Source: Felis catus
Lineage: Eukaryota
Length of the DNA: 64,000 nt
Direction of reading: 5' to 3'
Assembly: GCF_018350175.1 (NCBI RefSeq)
Contig: NC_058368.1
Location: 163,558,001 to 163,622,000, forward strand
Under the pieces are notes generated by a model. It was not told where the DNA came from. It saw only the letters and a list, made by a program, of their open reading frames with translations, and did not search any database. Positions 38,985 to 50,544 of this stretch are shown piece after piece. The number at the start of each line of letters is the position of its first letter. Position 1 is the stretch's first letter. The position numbers and the translations under genes were made by a program.

Positions 38985-39659
38985 ATTCGTTCTTTTTCTA
39001 TGCTGAATATATATGTGTGTGTTTAACATAATTATGGTCATTCTGAATACACGTTTGCATCTTACACATTAACATTTTGTCATGAACATTTTTTTTGCGT
39101 GTCTCAAAGAATCTTTATGTATGATTTGTCTGTTCTGTTGTTTTAAATTCTTTATTTTTATGTGTTGGTGCCAAGCCCCGTGCTCTTTGTCTTTCGATAT
39201 AAGGAATTTGGTTCTTTTGCTTTTGTCTTTTGCAGTGATTTGTACGGGTTTCATTTCTTGTTTGTACTTGCATTGAAAAAACAGATCTCTAATTATGCAA
39301 GTCAAGACTGAAACTAACTTTTTTTTTGACTCAGTTCACTTCAATAGATAGGAAGCTTTTTATGTTTCTGTTTCTTCACACCTGTCCTTCTCCACTTCTT
39401 GATCTTTGCCAGCATCATTTGGGGTTTAAACTATTATTTAATATAATATTATATGATAGTTAATATTATATTGTATATATTTATACTTTAAATATTTATT
39501 ATATTTGTATATTCAAATATATGTAACAATTTTCTTCTTTTTTACTTTTTTACTCAGAAATAATTTCAGACTTCTAAAATACTACAAAAACAAAAAAAGT
39601 ATAAACGCTTTTGAAGGTACATACACTCCTATATCCAGATTTGCAAAATATCTCAATAT

Positions 39660-40468
39660 ATGCTTCCTCAAAGAATTGCATAGATGCATATGAAAAATGC
39701 ATAACATTAATTGTCACTAAGAAAATATAAATTAAACCCACAATGAGATACTACTACACCCTTGTTAGAATGAGTAAAATTAAAAATGCTGATTGTACTC
39801 AGTGTTGGCAAGGAAGCAGAACCACCAGAACCCTCATACGCTATTAGTGAGAATTTGAAATGATATGACCATGTTGGAAAAGAGTTTGACACCTACTTTA
39901 AAAATTAACATATACGTATCATATGACCCAGTCATCCCACTGGTACATATCCACCCATGATAAATGAAAACATAATGCGCACAAATACTTGAACCTGAAT
40001 GTTCATAACAGCTTTACTTGTAATGTCTACAAACAGGTGACTACATAAACACATTGTGATATATCCAAACCATGGACATGTACTATTCTGCATTAAAATA
40101 GAACACTGTAGATACACACAGGAACAGGAATGAGTCTCCATATAATTGTGATGATTGTAAGAAGCCAAACGTAAGAGAATCTGTACTATATCATTCCATG
40201 TATGTAGCATGTTAGAATATGAAAACAAATCTAATGACAAAGCAGATCACTGGCTGCCCAGGTGGGGGACGGAATGGTAATGCGATCGCTGTGGGAGGAA
40301 AGGATGACAAAGGCACAAGGTAACTCTGGAGCTGATTGATATCTTCATTATCTGGGTTGTTGGGATGAGTTCACAAGTGTGTACATACATCGATACTTAA
40401 CAAACTGTACTTTTTAAATAAGTGCAGTTTGTTTTATTTTAGTTATACTCCAATAAATCTATAAAAAA
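39660..40468 (+). mobile_element. Old LINE-1 3' end (ORF2 end plus 3' UTR)
   Basis: attaaacccacaatgagatactactacacc and catatgacccagtcatcccact motifs; ends in caataaa. Confidence 0.85.
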
Positions 40469-41300
40469 TCATAATAGACACAGTATTTTTATATATATGG
40501 TACTGTTTTCTGGCTCTTTATAAAACATAAAAGATACATAAAAGCATTTAGCACTCTAGCAGGCAGTTATAGTAGAGGCTCAGTATAATTTAGTTGAAAA
40601 TAAATCTGATTTATGACTCTTGTTTATCAATATGTTTGGCATAGAGTAAAAAGTATACCCCTAATTCCATATGGAATCATAGTTTCCCTTTGGTATATTT
40701 TTGGACTAAACAAATAAAAATAAATGCAAGAAAAAGTTTTCCTGGCCTATGGAACCCAATGACAAAACAGCAGGAACAAGAGTCAGATCATCGGCCTTGC
40801 TCTCTCTTTAGATATATAGATACAGAGACATATATGTACATGTGCCTATATATATTCATACATAGTACACACAGAGAAATGTACAAATTTAAATCCATCT
40901 AAGAGGATTAGATAGATTTTTAGAAATCTATTCATTGTTACCTGATGGTCAGAGATTTCAAAGTGAATTTATACAAGATGCCTTAAGTACAGTTGTGTTC
41001 AATAGATTTTTTTAAATGAATCTATTTTGTGTTTTGAGGTACTTATATATTCACATAAAAGTCTTTTAATGCAAATGACTTTCAGTATTTTAAAACATTA
41101 GTTTTGGTCATCTAGCCCTAAACGTTGCTCCTACCTATGAAAAACACTATTCTAAAAAAGCTTCCAATTGAAGATACTAAACAAAATAAATACTGTTTCC
41201 AAAATTATTCTGGCACTGAAGTTAGCATTATTTGTGTAACAGTCATTAGAGACAACTGATAAAGAAGATGGTCACTCAGTGGTTTAAAGCAGGAAATAAA

Positions 41301-41528
41301 GGGGCACCTGGGTGGCTCAGTCAGTTAAGCATCTGACTTCGGCTCAGGTCATGATCTTGCAGTTCATGAGTTCAAGCCCTGCATCGGGCTCTGTGCTGAC
41401 AGCTCAGAGTCGGGAACCTGTTTCAGATGCTGTGTCTCCCTCTCTCTCTCTGACCCTCCCCCATTCATGCTCTGTCTCTCTCTGTCTCAAAAATAAATAA
41501 ACGTTAAAAAAAATTTTTTTTTTAAAAA
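41301..41528 (+). mobile_element. CAN-SINE with TSD AAAGCAGGAAATAAA
   Basis: TSD on both sides. Confidence 0.95.
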
Positions 41529-42129
41529 GCAGGAAATAAAAAATAATACTTTGCTTTCTTGTTTACTTTTTCATCATTTGAATATCCTCATGCTGTTATT
41601 ACTTATAAACTCTGGTTTATCAAAGGCCAGAGTTCATTATACAGTTAATACTTTTTTTTTTAATAGTAAAGTTAAGGTGTTAAGGTGAAAAAAAACTGAA
41701 AAGAGGAGAAATATGAGAAAAGGAGGTAGAATGCTGAAGATTTATACTATTAAGTTTAAAAGATTACTAAATATGCATACCAAATACAGAATTTCTAAAA
41801 TCACCATTTAGCTTTGAGCTCATATTTAATTAGCTCATCAATAATTCAATATTTGTTAGACTTCTATAGTTAAGGAACTATGAGAGACACCATGATGGAT
41901 GATTCTTAAATCTTCAAGAAAAATAGTACATAAGAAGTGTAGCATATGGCTGGAAATTGAACCTTGGGAAACATATTTATAAGGGATGTGAAACAAGTAA
42001 ATCCACTGGGTGAAAAAGTGAATAAAAAAGCTAAGAGGAGAATCTGAGTAGTGTATCATCTTGGAAACCAAGCTTATATCATAACCACATTTGACACAGC
42101 ATTGAGGACATGTGGTAGCTCGTCAATAT

Positions 42130-42455
42130 CCAATATCCTCTCCTTTGAGGCATATGGAAAACAACACATTCCGGCTCCATAGGGGGCAAACCTGGCAATT
42201 TGACTAGTTCTAGCCAATGAGCTTTGAGCAGCAGTGGTGCAGCAGAGCAGATCTAAGATGTCCTTTCTCTCTCTTCTCCCACCATGTGTTGGCATAGTGG
42301 AAGGTCCGTCAGCCTGTGTCCTTGAATGACTGTACGAAGCAGGGCATTTTTATGGTGACATATAACACGAGAGAGAAATGTTAACTCGTGTGGTGTTAAA
42401 GGACTGGGATTTGATGGTTGACTGTTTTTAAAACACAAATTTAGCAGCCTTGACT
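42130..42455 (+). mobile_element. MaLR (MLT1-like) LTR remnant
   Basis: tgactagttctagccaatgag and gtggtgttaaaggactgggattt motifs. Confidence 0.55.
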
Positions 42456-42705
42456 AAAGCAAGCAAGAAGTTAGCACTGCTATGTATCAGAGCAGCCAAA
42501 GCAAATTCTGCCAGCCAGATTTCGGTGGGCCTCTGATGCTATCTTAAAGGATTTTCTCTTTCTGGATCAGAAAAACAACACAATCATGTGTCTCAGATAG
42601 AAGAGATAAAACAAACACGGCCACATTTTTGGGTGATACGTATTGACTTATCATTTCCAATCTCACAACCATAATATATTTTATCATAGAATACCATTTA
42701 CTTGC

Positions 42706-43547
42706 CTGAAAGTTCCATATTGCAATGAAGCATCTTGTCACCGTGAGCCTACACCAAATGTTAACAATGTTTATGAAGCGCTGGAGCACCACGCATGATT
42801 TTATATGGAGTTTGAGTAAGGTAAGTTTTTTTTTAATGTTTAATTATTTTTGAGAGAGAGAAAGCAAGCATGAGCAGGGGAGAGGCAAAGAGAGAGGGGA
42901 ACAGAGTATCTGAAGCAGGCTCTGTGCTGACAGTAGAGAGCCCAATGTGGGGCTCAAACTCACAAACTGTGAGATCATGACCTGAGCCAAAGTTGGTCAC
43001 TTAACCAACTGAGCCACCCAGACACCCCAAGTAAGATAAGTTTTAATCACCCCTTCCAATCAAGACACTATGCTATCAGGCACCACAAGATCACTCCCCC
43101 AAGATCAACGCCAGTGAAAACAGTGGAAATAGAAACATCAGGATAGACAGGAAGCTGTCAGAAATTCCTGGGAAGACTGAAGGCTGTTTTGAATGGTTGC
43201 ATGAGGGAATGAAGGTCCTAGTCCAGGGCATTCTCGATCTTGCCTCAATTGTGCGCAGAATCCACATAGATGCAAGTGTCCTCAAGTGTAAAATCTTGGC
43301 AACCCAAATGTTGGTTAGGAGTTTCAAAAACAAGCAGGTGGAGATTGATAGCCTTGGATAGTCACCTCTCTTCCCCTGACTCCTCACCCAAGCCTCCAGG
43401 ACTGGTGACACAAACTAAGATGTTTTTCTGGTGCCCATGGCACTCCGCCTTTAGGCGCACACATGTCCGCTGCCCCACAAACACTCCAAGGGCATCAGGT
43501 CTGAGTTAGACTGGAGTTTGACCTTTGGTCTCCCCCCACATATGTTT
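42706..43547 (-). pseudogene. Candidate exon A of a decayed unknown gene, interrupted by a SINE: KHMWGETKGQTPV*LRPDALGVFVGQRTCVRLKAECHGHQKNILVCVTSPGGLG...DTCIYVDSAHN*GKIENALD*DLHSLMQPFKTAFSLPRNF*QLPVYPDV...GDKMLHCNMELS
   Basis: Acceptor ttgctctgtccAG and donor CAG|GCAAGT. 627 nt after removing the 215-nt SINE plus TSD; about 8 stops and one inferred 1-nt deletion. Confidence 0.55.
42826..43028 (-). mobile_element. CAN-SINE with TSD AGTAAG(G/A)TAAGTTTT
   Basis: TSD copies start at 42815 and 43030. Confidence 0.94.
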
Positions 43548-43599
43548 CTGGACAGAGCAATGTGTACTCCAATAGGAATATTAACTGAAAGGTTAAAGT

Positions 43600-44225
43600 A
43601 AGGAGATATCTGAGGAGCACAGCTATTTTAAAAGAAAACAGCAAACTGCATTAGAGTCCATCAAAAGAATAAATTTTACACCTGATGGGACAAAGATTCA
43701 AAATAAGCATTATAAATACACTCAAATGGCTTAGGAAAGATATTACCAATATGAAACAGTATGAAAATGTGAAAAGTAACAGGTGGAAATATTATGTGTA
43801 AAATAGTATAGGACTTGAAATAAAGAGTACAATAGACAGGATAAAAAGTAGAATTGGCACAGTAGCAGAATTAATGAATACGTTGGAGATTTGATGGAGG
43901 CACTCTCCCAAAAGGGAACAGGTAAAGATAACAACACAGAAAATATAAAAGGAAAGTTAAGCAATGTGGAGGTGATAAGTATAAAAGCTAACATCTTGAT
44001 ATTAGGAGTCCCAGAAGTAAAGAGAGGAGTTAATGTTTGAAGAAACAATGGACATCAATTGCCCAGACTGGAAGGTGAATGTTTTCAGTGAAAAAAATAT
44101 ATATAGTGTGTGACAAAAAATGAGAAATAAAGAAAAAGCCACATTTAGGCATAGTCTATAAAATTTAAGAATATCCAAGGTACAAAACTTAGTAAATTTC
44201 AGGAAAAGCAAATCAGGTATCCCTA
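43600..44225 (+). mobile_element. Degenerate LINE-1 ORF1-region fragment
   Basis: A-rich sequence with atattaggagtcccagaag-type L1 ORF1 motifs. Confidence 0.55.
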
Positions 44226-47200
44226 AACACATACAGCTTATCCCTGTATGTACTGTTCATAAGAAATTGTTACATTTGTAAGCTATCAACTTGTCTGTAA
44301 TCAAAACAAAATAGCACTTGTTTGCAAAGGCTGATTATGAAGATAATCCAACCTGGTTTGAGGATATGGATAATTAGTAAAAGAGCAAAACAGCTTATTC
44401 GCCACAGCTGGGGGAAATATATTTTCCCTTGACTAGATGCAATATTTTCTTTGACTCTTTTAAAGTCCTAAGCAATATTCTGAATAAACATCACTCTACT
44501 ACCTGACAGCTATGAAGAAGTATATATAGATTAATACTTTAGTGGGATAAAATTATAATAAAAGTAAGCTTACCTATTAAAATGTTTATTATCATTATCA
44601 TATTGCAAAGTAGTCTGGCTTAGATAGAAGTTGTTCATGTAAATGATTGTAAGTAATATTATTATAACCAGATCAAAGTGTGTTCTTTCCTCAATTTTTT
44701 AGTCCTCCAGTTAAAAATCAGTAAATTTTAAGTAAGAAGTATTATCATTGTCACCATCATCATCATCATCGCCACTTTCATGTGTGTTAGTATCTCCCCT
44801 CTCCCCCATATATATAAAATGGCAGTCTTGCTTCTGAGTGATCTTAGGCATTGGGATTTCCTAACCACCAACCCCTTTATGCCATGCCATAAAAAGTAAG
44901 CACCCAAATTTTTGTTTGTTTTTTGCCAGATCAATTGCAAAATTCCCCTTCCTTCCTTGCTTCTCTCAATATTTATTGAGTGCTCACTATGTACTAGCAC
45001 TGAATTGTGGTGATAAAAGAGAAAAAAAAGCTTTGATCTCTGATCTATACCTTCTGCAAGACCTGGAGGGCTGGTGAGCAATTGCTCCTTGCTCAACAGT
45101 TCTTTGTTGAATATGCTGGGGACTAAGGGATTTGAGGGAATAGAATCTAGACCAAGAAGGTATTGATTGTATGTCACAGGTATGCTCCCAGGATGTGGGA
45201 ATGAAGAAAGTTGCTCATCCAGGATTTGTAGCAATGGAAAGGCAAGAACTGAAAATGTGACTACAGAGACATGGTAAAGCTAACTAATGTCTCATCTCTC
45301 TCTCTCTCGCTCTCTCACTCTTTCTCTCTCCTCCACCCTCGCTCTCCCTCCCCACCTCTCATACATACATACATACACACACACCAGGTTTGATTTAAGG
45401 CCCAACCTTAAGCATGCACAGTGTGATTTTAAAAACCAACTCTTTTCTTTCTGACTCTGTGATTTAGCATGGAGAAACAAAGCTTTCATTTGCCTGGTAA
45501 TAATCATAATAGAGTTAATAACGTAGCATTCCCAAGATGGCTATGTTACTCAGAAGCACAGGAACCCAAGAGCCGACTTATAATTTCTGGCTGTGTCATT
45601 AAGAATGGGCTTAAGTTTCAAAAATAATCAATAAAGTGATAGTGCAAAAATCACAATGCCTTATAAGGAAGTCATAGTCATCCTATTTGCTAAGGTACTT
45701 AAAACAATAATTGTTGATTAAACTCACTAAATTGTGGTGGATGGAGGTGCCACGTCCTCAACAAACCAGATACTGTCTCTTAAAAAAAAAAGGTTGATTC
45801 AGAGAAGCTTTCTTTGTAAGACAGCCATGGGGGCTTTTCCAGGTAAATACTTAGAGGTTCAAAGAACCGAAAGGGTAGCTTGGAGAAGTGGAAATCTAGG
45901 CTTGGAAACCATTTAGGGCTCTTGTCTTTAGGTTGCCCAGGAAAGAGAGGTCAAATGGGCCAACAGGAGGACCTGGATAATCTACCCAACCCCATGAGGG
46001 TATGTGCAGTTCTTACTGAAATCCTAAGTAGGCAGACTTCTAATATCAAGTTGCTTTCTCTGCCAGCGAAATATTTCTTTGAGAAGTGATTAAATGGACT
46101 TTCTACTCCAAATTTGTTTTATGTGACTTTGGGTAGTGGATTTTTCCAGGAAATGGAGAAGTTGATCTTTACAGTTGTTAAATTATCAACTTTAGCATAG
46201 GATGAGAGAGAAAAAAACTGCACGAAGCTTTTTGAACACCAGCTTATCCTTCACAGATGCTACCTCTCAACATTTCAAAGCTTTGGTCATGTGCAACAAA
46301 AGGAGAGTCCAGTCTCCTAATAAGACTATCTTTTTCAATAATGAGTACAGAGAGACGGAGGTTAGTGACCATTGATATCTAGACCATTCTGTCCCTATGA
46401 GTCTTCTATTCATGAATTCTGCTGAATACTTAGGTAGGATGATGACTTCAGTATAAAAATCTCTTTGAGTTCCAAGAAGCCCCAAAATGATAATCACCTG
46501 TGTGGTGCACATTAATATATGTGTGCTATTTACAGAAACGAGTCTATGAAAGTTCTGTGATTTGACTGTCCTTTTGACTACATTAGAGTTTGAGCTAAGA
46601 ACTTATTGTATGCAAATTATACATCAACAAGGGCAGGATACTTTGAAATGTAAATGTCAGAGTTAAATGTCAATGTAGGGACTTCAACTGGCAACTGGAA
46701 ACTCACAGTAAAAGAGGCATCTTAAACATTCTTTAGCTACAACATTTCACTTGTGGCTATTGAAACAATATGGAAATACAGAAACATCAAAGAAACCTCA
46801 CATATATTCATAAATTTGAGTTGATGTACATTAGGTTAATGCCTTATGGAACTGTGGCTCTGTGCCATCTTCAATTAAGGTGGATGCTCATGTAGATATA
46901 GTATATTACTGGTGTTAATCTACTGATTTAATAGTAACTAACCTGTTAAAATGGTCTCAGATTGATTTGTTGTCTTATTTGATTAGGTGACTACACAGCT
47001 GATAATTCTCTGACATTGGAAGTTTGTTCCTAATGAAAGAAAGCACCCAAGATAAGAAGGGGAGAGGCAAATGTGGGAACTGGGGTTTCTTTCACGTTGT
47101 GAGTAGGGATACTTTGGGTCTACTGAGTGTGATCTATGTGGCAACCTCTCCCATTTCACCGACTTTTACCCTCTTTATGCGATTTGTGAAGGAGAAGGTT

Positions 47201-47893
47201 CATTTCACATCCCCCCCCCCCCCCCCCCTCCGAAGCCTCATCTTGGTAACTGGTCCTCGTGCCGCATCCTCTCCATTGCCCTCAGTTCCACTGGGGGCTA
47301 CTACTTTCTAGAACTCCCCACTGTCCGCCCTGCTAGGGTACTGGCCTGGACTCCATGTTCCTGTGGTTGGAAATTCTGCACTTTGATTTATTACTGTGTA
47401 GTCTAATTCCCCAAAAGTGCCAGCAGTCAAGGCTGTATGGGTAAAACAGTTTTCTCTGAAGAATGAAGAATAATTTAATAAAATTAATTACAACAAAGGT
47501 TAAAAACCTTTAATATTATTTAATATTAAACCCCAAATATGTCTGTTTCCCTAGTCCAAGAGAAAAGAAAAACAGGCAAGTTCAGCCCATCAAAGGGATC
47601 ATTTAAGAGCAAACACTATCTGTCTTGTTCTTCTTCCTTCTTTTTCCTTGCTGCCAATGTTCACCCTCCCCGTTTTAGTAAAACCCTATGGCCTGCCCCA
47701 CAGGGACTTAACCTGCCCTTGTTTCTAGCCCCTTCCTCCAAGGAATGTAATCCAGAAAACGAAGTCATCCTCAACCATATTTTCAGTGAGATACTCAATC
47801 TGGAACAACATCAAGGAATTTCAGCAGAAAGTCCATGTTGGCTTTGGCCCTCAAAAAGTGAAGTGTCCTAAGGCTTAAGAATAAGCTATGTCT

Positions 47894-48135
47894 GGGGCAC
47901 CTGGGTGGCTCAGTCAGTTGAATGTCTAACTTCAGCTCAGGTCATGATCTCACAGTTTGTGAGTTCAAACCCTGCATCGGGCTCTGTGCTGACAGCTCGG
48001 AGCCTTGAGCCTGCTTCAGATTCTGTGTCTCCCTCTCCTTGTGCCCCTCTCTCTCTCTCTCTGCCTGTCCCCCACATGTGCTCTCCCTTTCTCTCAAAAA
48101 TAAATAAACATTAAAAAAATAAAAAAATGAAAACA
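47894..48135 (+). mobile_element. CAN-SINE with TSD AGAATAAGCTAT
   Basis: TSD on both sides. Confidence 0.94.
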
Positions 48136-48180
48136 GAATAAGCTATATCCATTTATCCTTCCTAGGGGTAACTAATGAAT

Positions 48181-48183
<3 letters not shown>

Positions 48184-48227
<44 letters not shown>

Positions 48228-48237
48228 CACACACACA
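48184..48237 (+). repeat. (CA)n microsatellite
   Basis: Direct read. Confidence 0.95.
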
Positions 48238-49032
48238 GAGAAAGAGACAAATACACAGGTGGAGGAGGGAAATGAACAATAAATGTCAGAGCACAAAAGT
48301 TTAAATTCATAGTAAGGAATAGAAACATATTTCTAACTGTAATATAATATGGGAGATAATGTGTAAGAGAAAGTATCTTCACCTCTTACCTGACTAGTTA
48401 ATTGGCTTAACTTCTTAAGGCCAAGAAAATTCCCCAAAGTCCTTTCCACCTGTAAAGATTTCTTTGGTTGCTGCATTTCTGTTGTTGTGTTTAAGTTGGG
48501 ACGAGGGAGCCCCAGACGAGTTTTGTGGAGCCACTTCACCCCCACAGGTGCACAGGGCCCGACATAGTGGCTACCATGAAACATGCCCAACTGCAAACAG
48601 CAAGGGAAAAGGCAAGGACTTTGTCACTTTATTACTGTCCCCTTGCCAGTACTGAAGAGTTTTAGCCAAAGGAAAGGGATAATTCCCGAATTCAAGGGAT
48701 TTGCCCCTGCAGCTTGAGGAACTGGAAGGAGCTCGTGCACCAAGAACGGTCATCCCGAGCAGCTCACACATTTATCAGCCTTCGGAACGTGGGTCCACTT
48801 AAGAAACAGACACGCTCCCTGCCACCGCCTGTGGCACAAACCCGGTTCAGACTGGGGAGCCAAGACACCTCGATGATGAACACTAGCTTCTCCTCCAGCA
48901 ATGCAGCCTCTGGTTTTTACATAAAGTGAACTGTGATGTCACGAAGCTGTTGCCTGACAATACCTTCTTTATTTCATACACTCACCCCTCCAGATTTCCC
49001 CAATACTACCGTTAGAAAGCTCAACTTGACTT

Positions 49033-49245
49033 CTTTTCTTTTGTAGATGTTTCTTTATTTTTGAGACAGAGACAGAGCGTGAACAGGGGAGGGGCAGAGA
49101 GAGAGAGGGAGACACAGAATTCCAAGCAGGCTGCAGGCTCTGAGCTGTCAGCACAGAGCCCGAATGGGGGCTCGAACCCACGAACTGTGAGATCGTGACC
49201 TGAGCAGAAGTCGGAGGCTTAACCCACTCAGCTGCCCAGGCACCC
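49033..49245 (-). mobile_element. CAN-SINE with TSD CAAC(T/C)TGACTTCTT
   Basis: Antisense body plus TSD. Confidence 0.93.
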
Positions 49246-50101
49246 TGGCAACCTGACTTCTTAATTCAAGTAAATCGATTTTTAATGGAGAAGGGAAATT
49301 AAAGAAGAAACTAAGACTTTTCAGCACCTTCTGGACGCCAAAAGCCCTACACCATTGCTTCACTGCATCTTAACTTCTACTCCACGAGGACGTATCCTCC
49401 CCAGTGTAAGTATTCCATCAGGTGACGCTGTCTGAACCCGAACCCCATCTCGTCTGACTCCAAAGCCCACTGACGTTGCTTTATATACATGTGGCCTCTG
49501 TTCAGCCATAAGCCCGGATGTACAGCTTTTTACACAATAACCATGTTCCTGAAAAATGTAAATTAATTTCTGTAAATGGAATTCTATTTCCAATGTGTGG
49601 GGAGGCACTTTATTTTAAAGCTTTACTGCCTCACTTGTGAAATGATTAGAGGGAGGTAGTTTTAGCTACTAGTTCTAGTGTTATTTCCAACTGGAAAGTG
49701 TTAGGATGTCACAGCACATAGTGCAGTCTTCCACGAAGTCATTCTAAGTCACGGGCCCTTTCTTCCAGGAGTGGGTAAGATGCTTTAAAATCATAAGTCG
49801 TAAGGCAGGAAAAACACGTATCAACCAGTGGTTGGGCATCAAATACAGATCGACATTTCCACTGAATATTTCAGGACTACATCTATCACAAAGTGAGATA
49901 AACTTCATTTAGACTTCTAGCAATTTTAGATTGAAACCCCAGCAGGAGGAACATGGGAAAAGTCTGGATCTGGTTTAAGTCTAAATTAAAAATCGTTTTC
50001 AAAAACAGTGTAAAATCTCAATCAAACTTTCATATAATTTGCACCATGTACTTGGTGACACATGCTTCTTTTCAAACTTGTAAATGCTTTGAAAACACAT
50101 A

Positions 50102-50402
50102 CAGCTGACCCTTGAACAACCCTCTACCACCATGCTGTTGAAAATCCACATATACCTTTCAACCCCTCAAAACTTTACTAGTAGCCTACTGTTGACTGGA
50201 AGCCTAATCAGTAACATAAACAGTTGATTTGTATATGTATTATGCACTGTATTCTTACAATAAAGTAAGCTATAGAGAAGAGAATATTAAGATAATCATA
50301 AGGAAGAGAAAATACATTTATAGTACTATACTGTGTGTATATATATATGTGTGTATATATATATGTGTATATATATTATATATATGTGTATATATATTAT
50401 AT

Positions 50403-50487
<85 letters not shown>

Positions 50488-50544
50488 AATCCATGCATAT
50501 GTGGGCTGGCGTGGTTCAAACTTGTGTTGTTCAAGGGTCAGCTG
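50102..50544. mobile_element. Tigger2-family (TcMar-Tigger) non-autonomous element with internal (TA)n/(CA)n
   Basis: Perfect 19-bp TIRs CAGCTGACCCTTGAACAAC and TA duplication at 50100-50101 and 50545-50546. Confidence 0.9.

Noticed and set aside
44728..45234. 168-aa minus-strand ORF
   Set aside because: Spans repeat-like pieces and a (CAT)n tract, with no convincing splice or domain signal.
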